Translations under genes and position numbers: made by a program
Virus record (IMG/VR): IMGVR_UViG_3300027787_000002
Location: 1-53,200 of that record
DNA from: a virus
Lineage: Duplodnaviria; Caudoviricetes
DNA: 53,200 nucleotides
Direction: 5' to 3' (one strand)
Shown here: positions 1 to 8,526 of the stretch, in pieces
Position numbering within the stretch: position 1 is the stretch's first letter
How the letters are laid out: every line of letters begins with the position of its first letter
The notes under the pieces: generated by a model
The model's database searches: none
What the model was told of the DNA's origin: nothing
Seen by the model: only the letters and a program-made list of their open reading frames with translations

Positions 1-127
1 ATGAGGATCTCGTTAGGTAACGGCCTCTACATCGAGAGTCGCAACACAGACGTTCCCTCGAAGAGGAACGTCAAGAACAAGGGAGGCTCTCTGAAGCGAC
101 TTCACTCTCGAGAGACGGGGAGGTCGG
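1..127. repeat. Terminal direct repeat, identical to 53074-53200 (circular assembly overlap)
   Basis: First 127 nt match the last 127 nt exactly; 127 is a common assembler k-mer size. Confidence 0.95.
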
Positions 128-318
128 CAGGCGGAACGAACAACACCTCAAGGGCCATCTACGCCAACTTCATCACGTCTCCGGAGACAGGAGAGGTGTT
201 CATCGACCGAGTCACACCTCGAGAGACGTGCGTTACGGTAGACAGCACCAAACGTAAGTACACATGGGATCTCGGTGGTAACTGTTCCACCGGTTACATA
301 GGAGGTAAGGGAATATGA
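1..318 (+). CDS. Hypothetical early protein
   Basis: 105-aa ORF; RBS AGGAG and a TATAAT box lie upstream across the circular junction (53010-53073). Confidence 0.75.
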   Translation: MRISLGNGLYIESRNTDVPSKRNVKNKGGSLKRLHSRETGRSAGGTNNTSRAIYANFITSPETGEVFIDRVTPRETCVTVDSTKRKYTWDLGGNCSTGYIGGKGI

Positions 319-482
319 GCGACAAGAGCTACTACGACACGTCACTAGATCCGATCAGCCCCAACTTCGACCTCAACAAGTTCCTAGATCGGAGTGTCGA
401 CGACATCGAGAGCGTTGACGACCTCGATCCGATTATCGGAGCGTACGTGGTTCCGAAGAACGACATCCAGAACAGGTTCTAG
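315..482 (+). CDS. Small acidic hypothetical protein (55 aa, not in ORF track)
   Basis: ATGA overlap with the previous stop; reads MSDKSYYDTSLDP...IQNRF*. Confidence 0.6.
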   Translation: MSDKSYYDTSLDPISPNFDLNKFLDRSVDDIESVDDLDPIIGAYVVPKNDIQNRF

Positions 483-584
483 TCGCACTGAAAGGGTAGG
501 TTGGTGACTTCGAGACTTGAGAGACGAGTCGAAAGGTTGCCTTCCTACCTCGTCAGAGGGACGAGGGGAAATGAGGGAGTGGTT

Positions 585-1079
585 ATGCGTATCTCGGCTG
601 CGTTAGTTTCCGGTTTGGTAGCCACGAGTACCGTAGGAATTGGTCTCGCGCACATGGGTGCAGAGGCTCGCAGCAACTCGGAGACCGCTAGCGTAACGTC
701 TGTGGTCTCTGCCGACAAGGAGCCGTCGAAGTTCCGCTTCACGCTACCGCAGACCTACAAGAGCTGGCTCGCACAACGCGAGAGCGTGAAGGTGTGCGTT
801 CCGCTTAGTGGTGCTCAGTGGGAGGATTGCCTGCTCGGCCACTACGAGGCCAAGACGAGCTACAGGTTGTCGCACGTGGAGTACAAGGTCAACCGAGCGA
901 AGAAGACGTTCACCGTTAGCTACTCGAAGATCACACTGCCGAAGGGTGGAGATCGACTGACGAACAAAGACAAGGACTTCGTTGGGGTAGACCACACAGT
1001 CTACTGCAAGATCTACTCCAACAGTGGACCGGACAACGAGAGCGAAGTCATCCTCTGCAGTAACGGTACGAGCTACTAG
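585..1079 (+). CDS. Putative secreted protein with signal peptide
   Basis: GAGGGAG RBS before ATG 585; hydrophobic N-terminus ending AEA; four Cys in the mature part. Confidence 0.65.
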   Translation: MRISAALVSGLVATSTVGIGLAHMGAEARSNSETASVTSVVSADKEPSKFRFTLPQTYKSWLAQRESVKVCVPLSGAQWEDCLLGHYEAKTSYRLSHVEYKVNRAKKTFTVSYSKITLPKGGDRLTNKDKDFVGVDHTVYCKIYSNSGPDNESEVILCSNGTSY

Positions 1080-1463
1080 AGTTAGGTTGGTGTCCTCAGA
1101 TGAGGATCTGAGGATGCCTTCCTAGTCCGAGTAACTCTATGAGGGAGTTGACATGACGCAAGAAGAGGCAGACACGTACCAGCGTACGCTCGAGAAGCTG
1201 AAGAGGAGTGGACTATGATCGGGAAGCACTGCGGTAAGGTGCTGTGGAGCATTACCGACAACCAGTTCTACTTCCGGAAGCAGTGCCAGGTCTGTAAGGT
1301 GATCTTCAAGCAGAGGAAGAGGGTAGCGAAGTGAGCGACCTTACACCAGAGCAGATTCAGTACGAGTTGGACCAGATGGTGCTCGATGGCCTTATCGTCC
1401 TTGTAGGGACGGATGAGACTACTGGTGACCCACTGTACAAGTTGGCGGAGGGATGGCAGAGCC

Positions 1464-1673
1464 ATGAGTAGGGTGAACACGAGCTACGCTGAGGTCATCG
1501 TTACCGTTGTTGGTGTAGAACAAGTTACCACAGAGGACTTCTCCACCATCCTCGTAGCACCAACGACACGAGTGTTCCGTATGGAGTTCGACACCATCGA
1601 GAACGCACTCAACTACATCGACACCTCGAACGATCCCAAAGGTTTGGTAAACGTTCAAGAGATGGGGAAGTAA
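1464..1673 (+). CDS. Hypothetical protein
   Basis: ORF in tightly packed early array; start at MSRVN is approximate. Confidence 0.5.
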   Translation: MSRVNTSYAEVIVTVVGVEQVTTEDFSTILVAPTTRVFRMEFDTIENALNYIDTSNDPKGLVNVQEMGK

Positions 1674-1674
1674 C

Positions 1675-2037
1675 ATGCGCAGCAAGTGGGAGATCCTGGC
1701 CGAGAGGCTAGAAGAGAAGAGGAAGGCCTTCGAGAACGCGTCGAAGGAGATCACGGACCTGATCGAGCGACCGTTCCCACAGGACGGTTACACCGAAGGG
1801 AAGTGCGGCTCCTGTGGTGTTGTGTTCGCAACATGGGCGGACCACGATGCGCACTACTTGGTCGACGACGAGCGGTACCTCAACTTGGGTAACTGCCCGA
1901 CGAGGTACAACGCAGGACGTCTGATGCCACAGCTGACCAGTTACCTCTGGAACGAGGCACACACGTTGAACGCGACCAAGGACAAGCTGAAGGCCAAAGG
2001 TACACCTATCACCCTAGCGGAGGGGAACAAGACATGA
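1675..2037 (+). CDS. Hypothetical protein with possible Zn-binding motif (CxxC...HxxH)
   Basis: 120-aa ORF, coupled to neighbours. Confidence 0.65.
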   Translation: MRSKWEILAERLEEKRKAFENASKEITDLIERPFPQDGYTEGKCGSCGVVFATWADHDAHYLVDDERYLNLGNCPTRYNAGRLMPQLTSYLWNEAHTLNATKDKLKAKGTPITLAEGNKT

Positions 2038-2228
2038 GAAACGTACAGGCGTGGCTTGTGAAGCTGATGAAGCCTGAGGGCGAGTTCGAAGAGAAGCTAG
2101 TTCACGCGGAGCAGATGGGACTAGCCTCCAACATGGTTGTGTTCCTACTCGATGGGGACATGGTCGCAGTGTTCAACACCATGCTCGTTCACTCCGTTGA
2201 ACAGGTCGACGTGCTCGCTGGACTCTAG
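2034..2228 (+). CDS. Hypothetical protein
   Basis: ATGA overlap, GGAGG RBS. Confidence 0.6.
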   Translation: MRNVQAWLVKLMKPEGEFEEKLVHAEQMGLASNMVVFLLDGDMVAVFNTMLVHSVEQVDVLAGL

Positions 2229-2505
2229 GTGTTGCGCGGGATGTTTCCGACGAGGAAGCCGCCCGTGTTGTACTCAGAGACCACAGGGAGATGAGGAAAG
2301 AGATGGATGAAGAGCAGTACGTGAACTTGCAAGTGACTGCCACGATGAATGGAGAGCAGTACACAGCACTAGTGGCTGCGATGACGCACTGGTGCGAAGA
2401 GCATCCTGAAGAACGAGATGCCGTTCGACAGATCAGGTCGATCGAGTTCGTAAGGTCAAGGTAATGCTCTGGAGAAGTGCGTTGCCACCGTTAGAGGGAG
2501 GACCG

Positions 2506-2952
2506 ATGAACGATGAAGAGCTCCTGAGGAAGTACCCAGGCCTCAGGCATGAGGTAGAGACACACCCTGATGACGAGTTAGGTAAACGACTGAACGAGGA
2601 AGCCTTTACGGTGCTCAAAGAGCACCAGGAAGCCAAGAGAGTTGAGAGGAACACAGCGATGAGAAGTCTACGGACCAGCAAGACTCGACACTCGACGGGT
2701 GAGGGCACAGACTACGAGCTCTACCACCTTAACGACCTGTCGAAGCATCACGCGTTGACGTTGATCGATGCACTCTCTCAGGCACGTGCGAACTGCGTTG
2801 ACCAGATCCGCAAGGCTGAAGACGTCAACGCCTTGGCACAAGGTGAAGGTAACAACGAGATGAGGTTGGTCGAGGACCTCAAGCATCTGGGTAGCATCCT
2901 TGACGCGATCTGCACCATGGAGTACAACCTACGAGACACCGTGGAGTTCTGA
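2506..2952 (+). CDS. Hypothetical protein
   Basis: GGAGGA RBS before MNDEELL. Confidence 0.65.
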   Translation: MNDEELLRKYPGLRHEVETHPDDELGKRLNEEAFTVLKEHQEAKRVERNTAMRSLRTSKTRHSTGEGTDYELYHLNDLSKHHALTLIDALSQARANCVDQIRKAEDVNALAQGEGNNEMRLVEDLKHLGSILDAICTMEYNLRDTVEF

Positions 2953-3127
2953 TGGCGATGAAGGGTGTGACGTTCGGTGTTACCATTCGATTGGTAGTGC
3001 CGAGTGACAACGAGTACGACACGGAGAGCTACGCCGATGCGATGGCGTCACTCATTCGGCACGATGCCGTTGTTGGCAGTAAGTTCGGGCAGTTCGATGG
3101 ACTACAGGACGTGGAGGTAACACCACT

Positions 3128-3325
3128 ATGACTCTACTAGAGTGGTGGGCAGCTGGGTCAGCAGTCGTTGGAGCTGCGTGGGGATTTGTGAGACTGTGTC
3201 GGCGTGCACCAGGCTGCACGTTCATATCCTCGAACGTTAGGGGTATTACCAGTACTCCACTGTATGTGGAGGAGGAACACCTTCGTAAGTTCCCTTACGA
3301 GGACCAGCTTAACAGGGAGATGTGA
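3128..3325 (+). CDS. Small membrane-anchored hypothetical protein
   Basis: GGAGGT RBS, hydrophobic N-terminus. Confidence 0.55.
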   Translation: MTLLEWWAAGSAVVGAAWGFVRLCRRAPGCTFISSNVRGITSTPLYVEEEHLRKFPYEDQLNREM

Positions 3326-3501
3326 TGGAAGCGAAGAGGTTGTCGACCCTCATTGGGGAACTTACTGAACTCCTCGGACGGTTCGGGGACGGATACGTCG
3401 AGGTGTTCCCGGAGACATTGCGCAAAGACGGATCGGTACCAGTTGCTATTTGGTCCGAGGATGACGAGCAGTACTACCTTGAGGTCGAAGTCCAGGACTG
3501 A
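3325..3501 (+). CDS. Small acidic hypothetical protein (58 aa, not in ORF track)
   Basis: TGATG overlap; reads MEAKRLSTLIGEL...EVEVQD*. Confidence 0.55.
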   Translation: MEAKRLSTLIGELTELLGRFGDGYVEVFPETLRKDGSVPVAIWSEDDEQYYLEVEVQD

Positions 3502-3579
3502 TCTCACTGGCCGAGTTAGCGGTGCGACCCTCTTACTTTGAGTAGGCGGGCGCACTGCTAGTTCTACCAAGGAGGAGAG

Positions 3580-3828
3580 ATGGCAAGGAACCTATCGTCG
3601 GCTTCATACCTAACCATGGAGCCCAAGAACCCCACACCAGATGAGCCTAGGTACGCTGACGGAAGAGCGAAGCCTACCCAGATCCCTATACGGACTGCAG
3701 CCACGTGCGATCACGAGGCCTATGTTTGTCTGACCATGGAGTGTATCAAGGCATGGCAGGAGGATCACATTATCCACTTCGAGAGAACGACTGCAGGTCG
3801 ACGGTTCAAGAGGGAGCTAGGACTGTGA
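3580..3828 (+). CDS. Hypothetical protein
   Basis: Strong AAGGAGG RBS. Confidence 0.65.
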   Translation: MARNLSSASYLTMEPKNPTPDEPRYADGRAKPTQIPIRTAATCDHEAYVCLTMECIKAWQEDHIIHFERTTAGRRFKRELGL

Positions 3829-4385
3829 GGGCACTACTGTATCGGCCGAGCTGGCAGGCTCTACGAGTGTCGTTCCTGAAGGAGAATAGGAACGATGGTG
3901 GCTGGACTACAGCTACCGGTACAGAAGCTAACCTGTACAGACTGGTCGACTACGTGTCTCTCAACGCAGAGACGGTCGACGAGTTCGCGCTCGAGGCCAA
4001 GTCGATGGGTTACGGAGTACGTCAAGAGGAAGCAGTGAGGCTGTACCGAGCCATTAACTGTCTCAACGCCGTTCGCATGGGCAACTCGGGACAAGGTGAT
4101 GCAGGCTCATCGCGTGACCAGGTTGTCCTAGAGGTTAGGGACAGCTTCCAGCGCATGCAGACTCCACGCTACCACGAGTTCCTTACGTACGCGTCTGTAA
4201 GGTGGGACTGGAGAGTGGTCAAGCAGGAGCTTCAGGTCGAGTACGACAAAGGCAACATGCATGGGAGGTTCGACGAGATCTACAAGAGCCTAGAGAGCAG
4301 GTCCAGGAAGAGCCTACATATGGCTACCAGGCCAGAGCTCAGAACGTTCTTGTCACTGATGGACGAGGTTCGTAATAGTGGTTAA
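3825..4385 (+). CDS. Hypothetical protein
   Basis: GTGA overlap start within the 226-aa ORF. Confidence 0.6.
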   Translation: MRALLYRPSWQALRVSFLKENRNDGGWTTATGTEANLYRLVDYVSLNAETVDEFALEAKSMGYGVRQEEAVRLYRAINCLNAVRMGNSGQGDAGSSRDQVVLEVRDSFQRMQTPRYHEFLTYASVRWDWRVVKQELQVEYDKGNMHGRFDEIYKSLESRSRKSLHMATRPELRTFLSLMDEVRNSG

Positions 4386-4692
4386 GCCCAAGCTACCATG
4401 GCTGAAGATGGTTGTATACTTCCCCTTCTGCCTGGTGAACGTAGCTGTTGGCCTGTTCTTCCTGTTCCTACCACCAGTAGGACTCCTCATCGGGATACCT
4501 ATGCTAGTCCTTGCGTGCTGGCCTTATGCCACGTGGCTGTCGAAACACATCCACGCGGGCGTAGCTTACGCAGACAGGGACCAGGGGCTACTCGACGAGG
4601 AAGAGGTTCCGTGGGAGCAAGCATCGGAGCTTAGCGAGGACGAGATCATGGACATCATTATCAACCAATCAGGGAGAGGTCGCAATGAGTGA
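4378..4692 (+). CDS. Membrane protein (two TM segments, acidic tail)
   Basis: Long hydrophobic stretch at aa 8-52. Confidence 0.65.
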   Translation: MVKPKLPWLKMVVYFPFCLVNVAVGLFFLFLPPVGLLIGIPMLVLACWPYATWLSKHIHAGVAYADRDQGLLDEEEVPWEQASELSEDEIMDIIINQSGRGRNE

Positions 4693-5074
4693 CGAAGGTG
4701 TCACCCTAAACATCATCATGAAAGACTATGCTACACCAGTCCTCAGCCAACTGATCGTCGACTGGTTCATGTGGCTACCAGTTAACGAACAGATCTCGTG
4801 GCTAAAGTCCATCGGCATCGAAGCCTCCAGACGTGAAGAGTACATCGGCGCCATGAATGATCAAGCTCAACACCCTGTGGTGCTTCCGTCAGCAACGCCC
4901 GCGCCGGCGCCTGCTACTGGATCGATCCCAGTCATGACGCAGCACGTCGACATCACTCCAACGATGGCACTCAAGGGAGGACCTCACGTCAAGGGTCGAC
5001 CCAAGCCACAGCCTGGGAGCAACCTATTGGCCTCTCCTACGGTCGACTTAACGAAGCGTAAAGGTAAGTCCTAG
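4685..5074 (+). CDS. Hypothetical protein
   Basis: 129-aa ORF overlapping the previous stop. Confidence 0.6.
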   Translation: MSDEGVTLNIIMKDYATPVLSQLIVDWFMWLPVNEQISWLKSIGIEASRREEYIGAMNDQAQHPVVLPSATPAPAPATGSIPVMTQHVDITPTMALKGGPHVKGRPKPQPGSNLLASPTVDLTKRKGKS

Positions 5075-5136
5075 GTCGTGCTCGCGCTGTCACCTCATCG
5101 AGGTCGGCAGTGCTGGTTCTACCAAGGAGGAGACCA

Positions 5137-5430
5137 GTGGTAAGCACAACCAGGCTCGTCTGCGCAGAACGTGGACACATGTGGCCTAACATCAAGGACG
5201 CGCCATACTTCCAGGAGAGAGCAGATAGACGCCTGGGGATCAAGTACGTGTGGGTTCTTCGCCTAGCGTGCGAGCGTCCGGGTTGCGACCGAGAGAGGAT
5301 CGACAAGTGTATGCCTCATACACTTAAGCTCATCACTCGTTCATACAAGGGTGAGTACGAGAAGATGGGTAGAGTGTCTAGAGAGACGCTTCGCAAGGAG
5401 CTCGTCAAGAGGGAAGGGAAGAAGTTGTGA
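5137..5430 (+). CDS. Hypothetical basic protein with Cys/His motifs
   Basis: AAGGAGG RBS before GTG 5137. Confidence 0.6.
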   Translation: MVSTTRLVCAERGHMWPNIKDAPYFQERADRRLGIKYVWVLRLACERPGCDRERIDKCMPHTLKLITRSYKGEYEKMGRVSRETLRKELVKREGKKL

Positions 5431-5771
5431 CCAAGTTCCCGGATATTGGTACAGGAGAGAACATGTCTAGCCAGCTAGACCGTGCGGCGCAGTACAAGAA
5501 CGCCGTCTTCGAGTTGAAGGTCCGAGCTCGAGAAGATGACAACTACCAGAAGCAATGCGTGGGCTGTAAGGAGAAGATCTTCTTTGTTGAAGGCGAGCAC
5601 GCAGTAACGCATGGTCACATCTACTCTCGCGCAGGAATGTCCGAGTGGTCTATATCTCTGCTCTGTGAGTACTGCTTCGACAAGATCATGAAGGAGCCTG
5701 AAGAGGTCGAGCCCGAGGAAGTCAACAATGGCTTGGACTTCGGTCCAACGACTGATCCGTTCGATTGCTAA
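5427..5771 (+). CDS. Hypothetical Zn-finger protein (CxxC...CxxC)
   Basis: CVGC and CEYC motifs. Confidence 0.6.
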   Translation: MTKFPDIGTGENMSSQLDRAAQYKNAVFELKVRAREDDNYQKQCVGCKEKIFFVEGEHAVTHGHIYSRAGMSEWSISLLCEYCFDKIMKEPEEVEPEEVNNGLDFGPTTDPFDC

Positions 5772-5807
5772 GTAGAGACCGATCCAAAAATATCTTCGAG
5801 GTCTCGC

Positions 5808-5837
5808 TTGATGGGTACTACTGGACTACGCTATAAT
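5808..5837 (+). promoter_or_regulatory. Housekeeping-sigma promoter
   Basis: TTGATG-18 nt-TATAAT. Confidence 0.7.
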
Positions 5838-5895
5838 AGAAGTAGAGCAAAAACATAAGGGTGTTTTTGCTTCCGGATCACAACAGGAGAACATC

Positions 5896-6510
5896 ATGGC
5901 ACGTAGAGGAAGAGACAACACTGTGACTGAAGAGACCACCACCGTGGAAGAGTTCCAGCCGGAGCTCGAGGTCGACGGCGAAGGCATCGAAGAGGTCGAC
6001 GTTCCGGCCGAGGACGACGAAGCCGAAGTCATCGCCAGCACCGAAGGCAGTGACACGTCGGAAGAGAAGCCGGCCAAGGAGCCTGCTGCTCCGAAGCGTG
6101 GCGACCTGCCCGAGGGGTTCATCACGCCGGTCGCGTTCGCCAAGGTGCTCAGCCAGCCGCTCGACGGTAACGCCGAGAACCTGGACCCGAGCAACTGGCG
6201 ATACACCCACTCGAAGTCCGGTGACCACGTCGTCGCGCCCCAGATGGTGTACTCGTACATCCGGTCGGCGAAGGACGGGAAGAACCCCCTCGCCACTCAG
6301 ACCGTGACCGACAGCAACGGCGTCCAGCGCGAGAACATCCTGGTCCTCGCCGATGCGCTGGCGTGGTGGGACGCGAAGGCCAAGCGTACCGCGGCTTCTG
6401 CCGAGAACGCGAAGGCCAAGGCTGAGAAGAAGGCGGCCAAGCCCGAAGCCACCGAGACCGCTTCCGCGACTGACGCTGCCCCCGTCGGCGAGGTCGAGGA
6501 AGCCGAGTAG
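5896..6510 (+). CDS. Putative DNA-binding protein: acidic N-terminus, Xis/MerR-like HTH core, Lys/Ala-rich tail
   Basis: ITPVAFAK...PQMVYSYIR...ALAWW pattern; GC-rich codon third positions; own promoter and downstream stems. Confidence 0.55.
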   Translation: MARRGRDNTVTEETTTVEEFQPELEVDGEGIEEVDVPAEDDEAEVIASTEGSDTSEEKPAKEPAAPKRGDLPEGFITPVAFAKVLSQPLDGNAENLDPSNWRYTHSKSGDHVVAPQMVYSYIRSAKDGKNPLATQTVTDSNGVQRENILVLADALAWWDAKAKRTAASAENAKAKAEKKAAKPEATETASATDAAPVGEVEEAE

Positions 6511-6618
6511 TCCAGGGAGGTCCCTCAAGGCTAGTTGAGGCCTGGACTACTCAAGAAGAGCCGGTAGGTAAGTACCAGAGGTCCCCTCATACCTCCGAGG
6601 AACACCTACCGGCTCTTC
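6507..6618 (+). terminator. Two tandem stem-loops (terminator or structured RNA)
   Basis: GTAGTCCAGG/CCTGGACTAC and AAGAGCCGGTAGGT/ACCTACCGGCTCTT inverted repeats, followed by CCTTT. Confidence 0.65.
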
Positions 6619-6628
6619 CTTTACACAC

Positions 6629-6658
6629 TTGATATACCTTGTAGGACTATAGTATAAT
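6629..6658 (+). promoter_or_regulatory. Housekeeping-sigma promoter
   Basis: TTGATA-18 nt-TATAAT. Confidence 0.7.
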
Positions 6659-6687
6659 TGTATTACACCGCAACAGAAAGAAGTGCA

Positions 6688-6900
6688 ATGGAAATAACCG
6701 TAAAGCCGGAAGACTCCGAAGTGGTGAGTGATATGGTAGATGCTACCATATCAGCACTCGGAGACGCGAAGACACATGCGGAGTCATGTAAATCCGTCAA
6801 CTCAGTGAAGATGTTGACGGAAGTAGTTGCTGACTACGACTACCGTATCAAGGTCCTACAGGATATCAAGGGCCAACTGGAGGCGCAGAAGGATGTCTGA
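6688..6900 (+). CDS. Hypothetical protein
   Basis: ORF downstream of promoter, start MEITVK. Confidence 0.6.
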   Translation: MEITVKPEDSEVVSDMVDATISALGDAKTHAESCKSVNSVKMLTEVVADYDYRIKVLQDIKGQLEAQKDV

Positions 6901-7303
6901 GCAGGAAATGGAAGCGCCAGTAGCTGTCTTCCGTCACGCTGTAACGGTATACATGGAGATGGCAGCTCAAGGTACAGTCATCCAGGCCGAGGATAGCAAC
7001 ATGCTAGTGTACGAAGGTAAGCTCGTGGAGCTTGTCGTCGACACTTGCGGGCTTAGTGTACCGTACTACACCAAGGTGACTCAGGCCCTCAAGGGTATGG
7101 GTTGTGCTCGTCAGCTACGACGTGGTGGCGGGTCCAGTCCTTCGCAGTGGGAACTGATTAGGGAACCAACCCCAGAGCTTTGGGAGGCTTACCTGAACAG
7201 CGCTGACCCTGAAGACACTACCGAGTACGCACCAATGCAGACGGTGCGAGATCTAAGTACCCGAATCAAGCGGATCGAGAAGGCGATTGGGATCATCACA
7301 TGA
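6893..7303 (+). CDS. Putative winged-helix DNA-binding protein
   Basis: Helix...L-x-x-x-G...RRGGG wing-like pattern; GGAGG RBS. Confidence 0.45.
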   Translation: MSEQEMEAPVAVFRHAVTVYMEMAAQGTVIQAEDSNMLVYEGKLVELVVDTCGLSVPYYTKVTQALKGMGCARQLRRGGGSSPSQWELIREPTPELWEAYLNSADPEDTTEYAPMQTVRDLSTRIKRIEKAIGIIT

Positions 7304-7647
7304 GTGACGAGGTAGACGAAACGTTCGAAGATCATAAGCGCTGTCCAAGGTGCAAAGAGCCTGGCGAGGACAGTGGATCGGTAGCTGCACCCAATGCACC
7401 TAAGGGTACCAAGCTGCATACCATCTACTGTCGAAACGAGAGGTGTAAGTGGTTCAACACGCCTTGGCTCGTTCAGGTCAATCCTGACGGTAGCGTTCCG
7501 AAGCCTGTAGACCACAAGAAGCGACCCAAGATGTATGTCGGCTTCGAGGGTCATGATCAGATGGCTAACCAGATCAGGGAAGCGATGGAAGCCGACCGAG
7601 CAGCATCACTGCTGCGCGGATCAGAAGTACGACGGAGGCCTCGTTGA
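7300..7647 (+). CDS. Zn-ribbon protein
   Basis: CPRC...CRNERC. Confidence 0.6.
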   Translation: MSDEVDETFEDHKRCPRCKEPGEDSGSVAAPNAPKGTKLHTIYCRNERCKWFNTPWLVQVNPDGSVPKPVDHKKRPKMYVGFEGHDQMANQIREAMEADRAASLLRGSEVRRRPR

Positions 7648-7767
7648 GTTTGCGACCCAGGGACGTTGAGCTTGTGCTTATCGTCCTTGGGGTACTCACA
7701 TGGCTACTCATCCTGTTCTGCGTGCTCTGGATGGTAGTAGACGTCTTTAAGAACTTAGCTTGAGAGT

Positions 7768-7823
7768 AAGTCTCTCCGTATGTCTAATAGAGTCTCTTGG
7801 AGTCTAATAAGAAATTCCCCTAG
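7768..7823. repeat. 56-bp dispersed intergenic repeat, copy 1
   Basis: 49/56 identical to 26755-26810; four phased GTCT units. Confidence 0.85.
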
Positions 7824-7911
7824 GGCTCGTAGTAACTATCACCTAGAGGATCTTGCTAGTTAGACTCTTAGCTAGACTGAGCACAGAGGGTGTGCAGAAG
7901 ACCACAGGGAG

Positions 7912-8124
7912 GTGAGCTTGCTGACGTTGATGGCAGTTTCAGAGTACGCTAAGGCTAGAGGAATTAGTCCTCAGCTGATCCATTACTACATCCGTGAGGA
8001 GAAGCTCGAGGTCGACAACTGTGAGTGCGGTCGTCGATGCGTACGTGTAGAAGAGGCAGACAAGTTCTTCCGAGAGAAGGGGAAGATCAAAGATGAAGGT
8101 GTGGCCTCGTCTAGCCCCACTTGA
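7912..8124 (+). CDS. Small Xis/MerR-like helix-turn-helix protein
   Basis: MAVSEYAKARGISPQLIHYYIREEKL...RCVRVEEA fits an excisionase-type HTH. Confidence 0.65.
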   Translation: MSLLTLMAVSEYAKARGISPQLIHYYIREEKLEVDNCECGRRCVRVEEADKFFREKGKIKDEGVASSSPT

Positions 8125-8374
8125 CATGAGTACTGATCAGGTTTGTCCTGAATGCTTCTCTCGGTACATCATGTACAATGGTAACTACATGTGTGAGGGA
8201 TGGGAGTACAGACAGGACTCTAGTGACCCAGGCTGCCGATGGGCTATGCCAGATACACGTGACATGTCTGAGCTCTTCATTGCCTGCTACAGTTCACTAA
8301 TGCGTAACAGAGGACAAGAGCCTGAGCAACGGGTTATCGACGAAGCAAGAAGGGATACACGAGGCGATGTGTAG
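8093..8374 (+). CDS. Hypothetical Cys-rich protein
   Basis: CPEC...C...C; start uncertain. Confidence 0.55.
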   Translation: MKVWPRLAPLDMSTDQVCPECFSRYIMYNGNYMCEGWEYRQDSSDPGCRWAMPDTRDMSELFIACYSSLMRNRGQEPEQRVIDEARRDTRGDV

Positions 8375-8526
8375 TCATAACTTGGTCGACGTCTGGGGAG
8401 ACAGTCCGACTCCTCTGGCAACCGAGATTACCAAGGACGAGGCACGAGAGATCATCAACGTCGACAACGTCAGTAGGTACATGCAGTGCGCCAACCCGTC
8501 CTGTGGAGTTGAGATCGAGGAGTAAC

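Noticed and set aside
5878-6528. Long antisense ORFs here and at 12529-13320, 16454-17113 and 47928-48656
   Set aside because: Mirror frames of well-supported genes; no RBS or motifs
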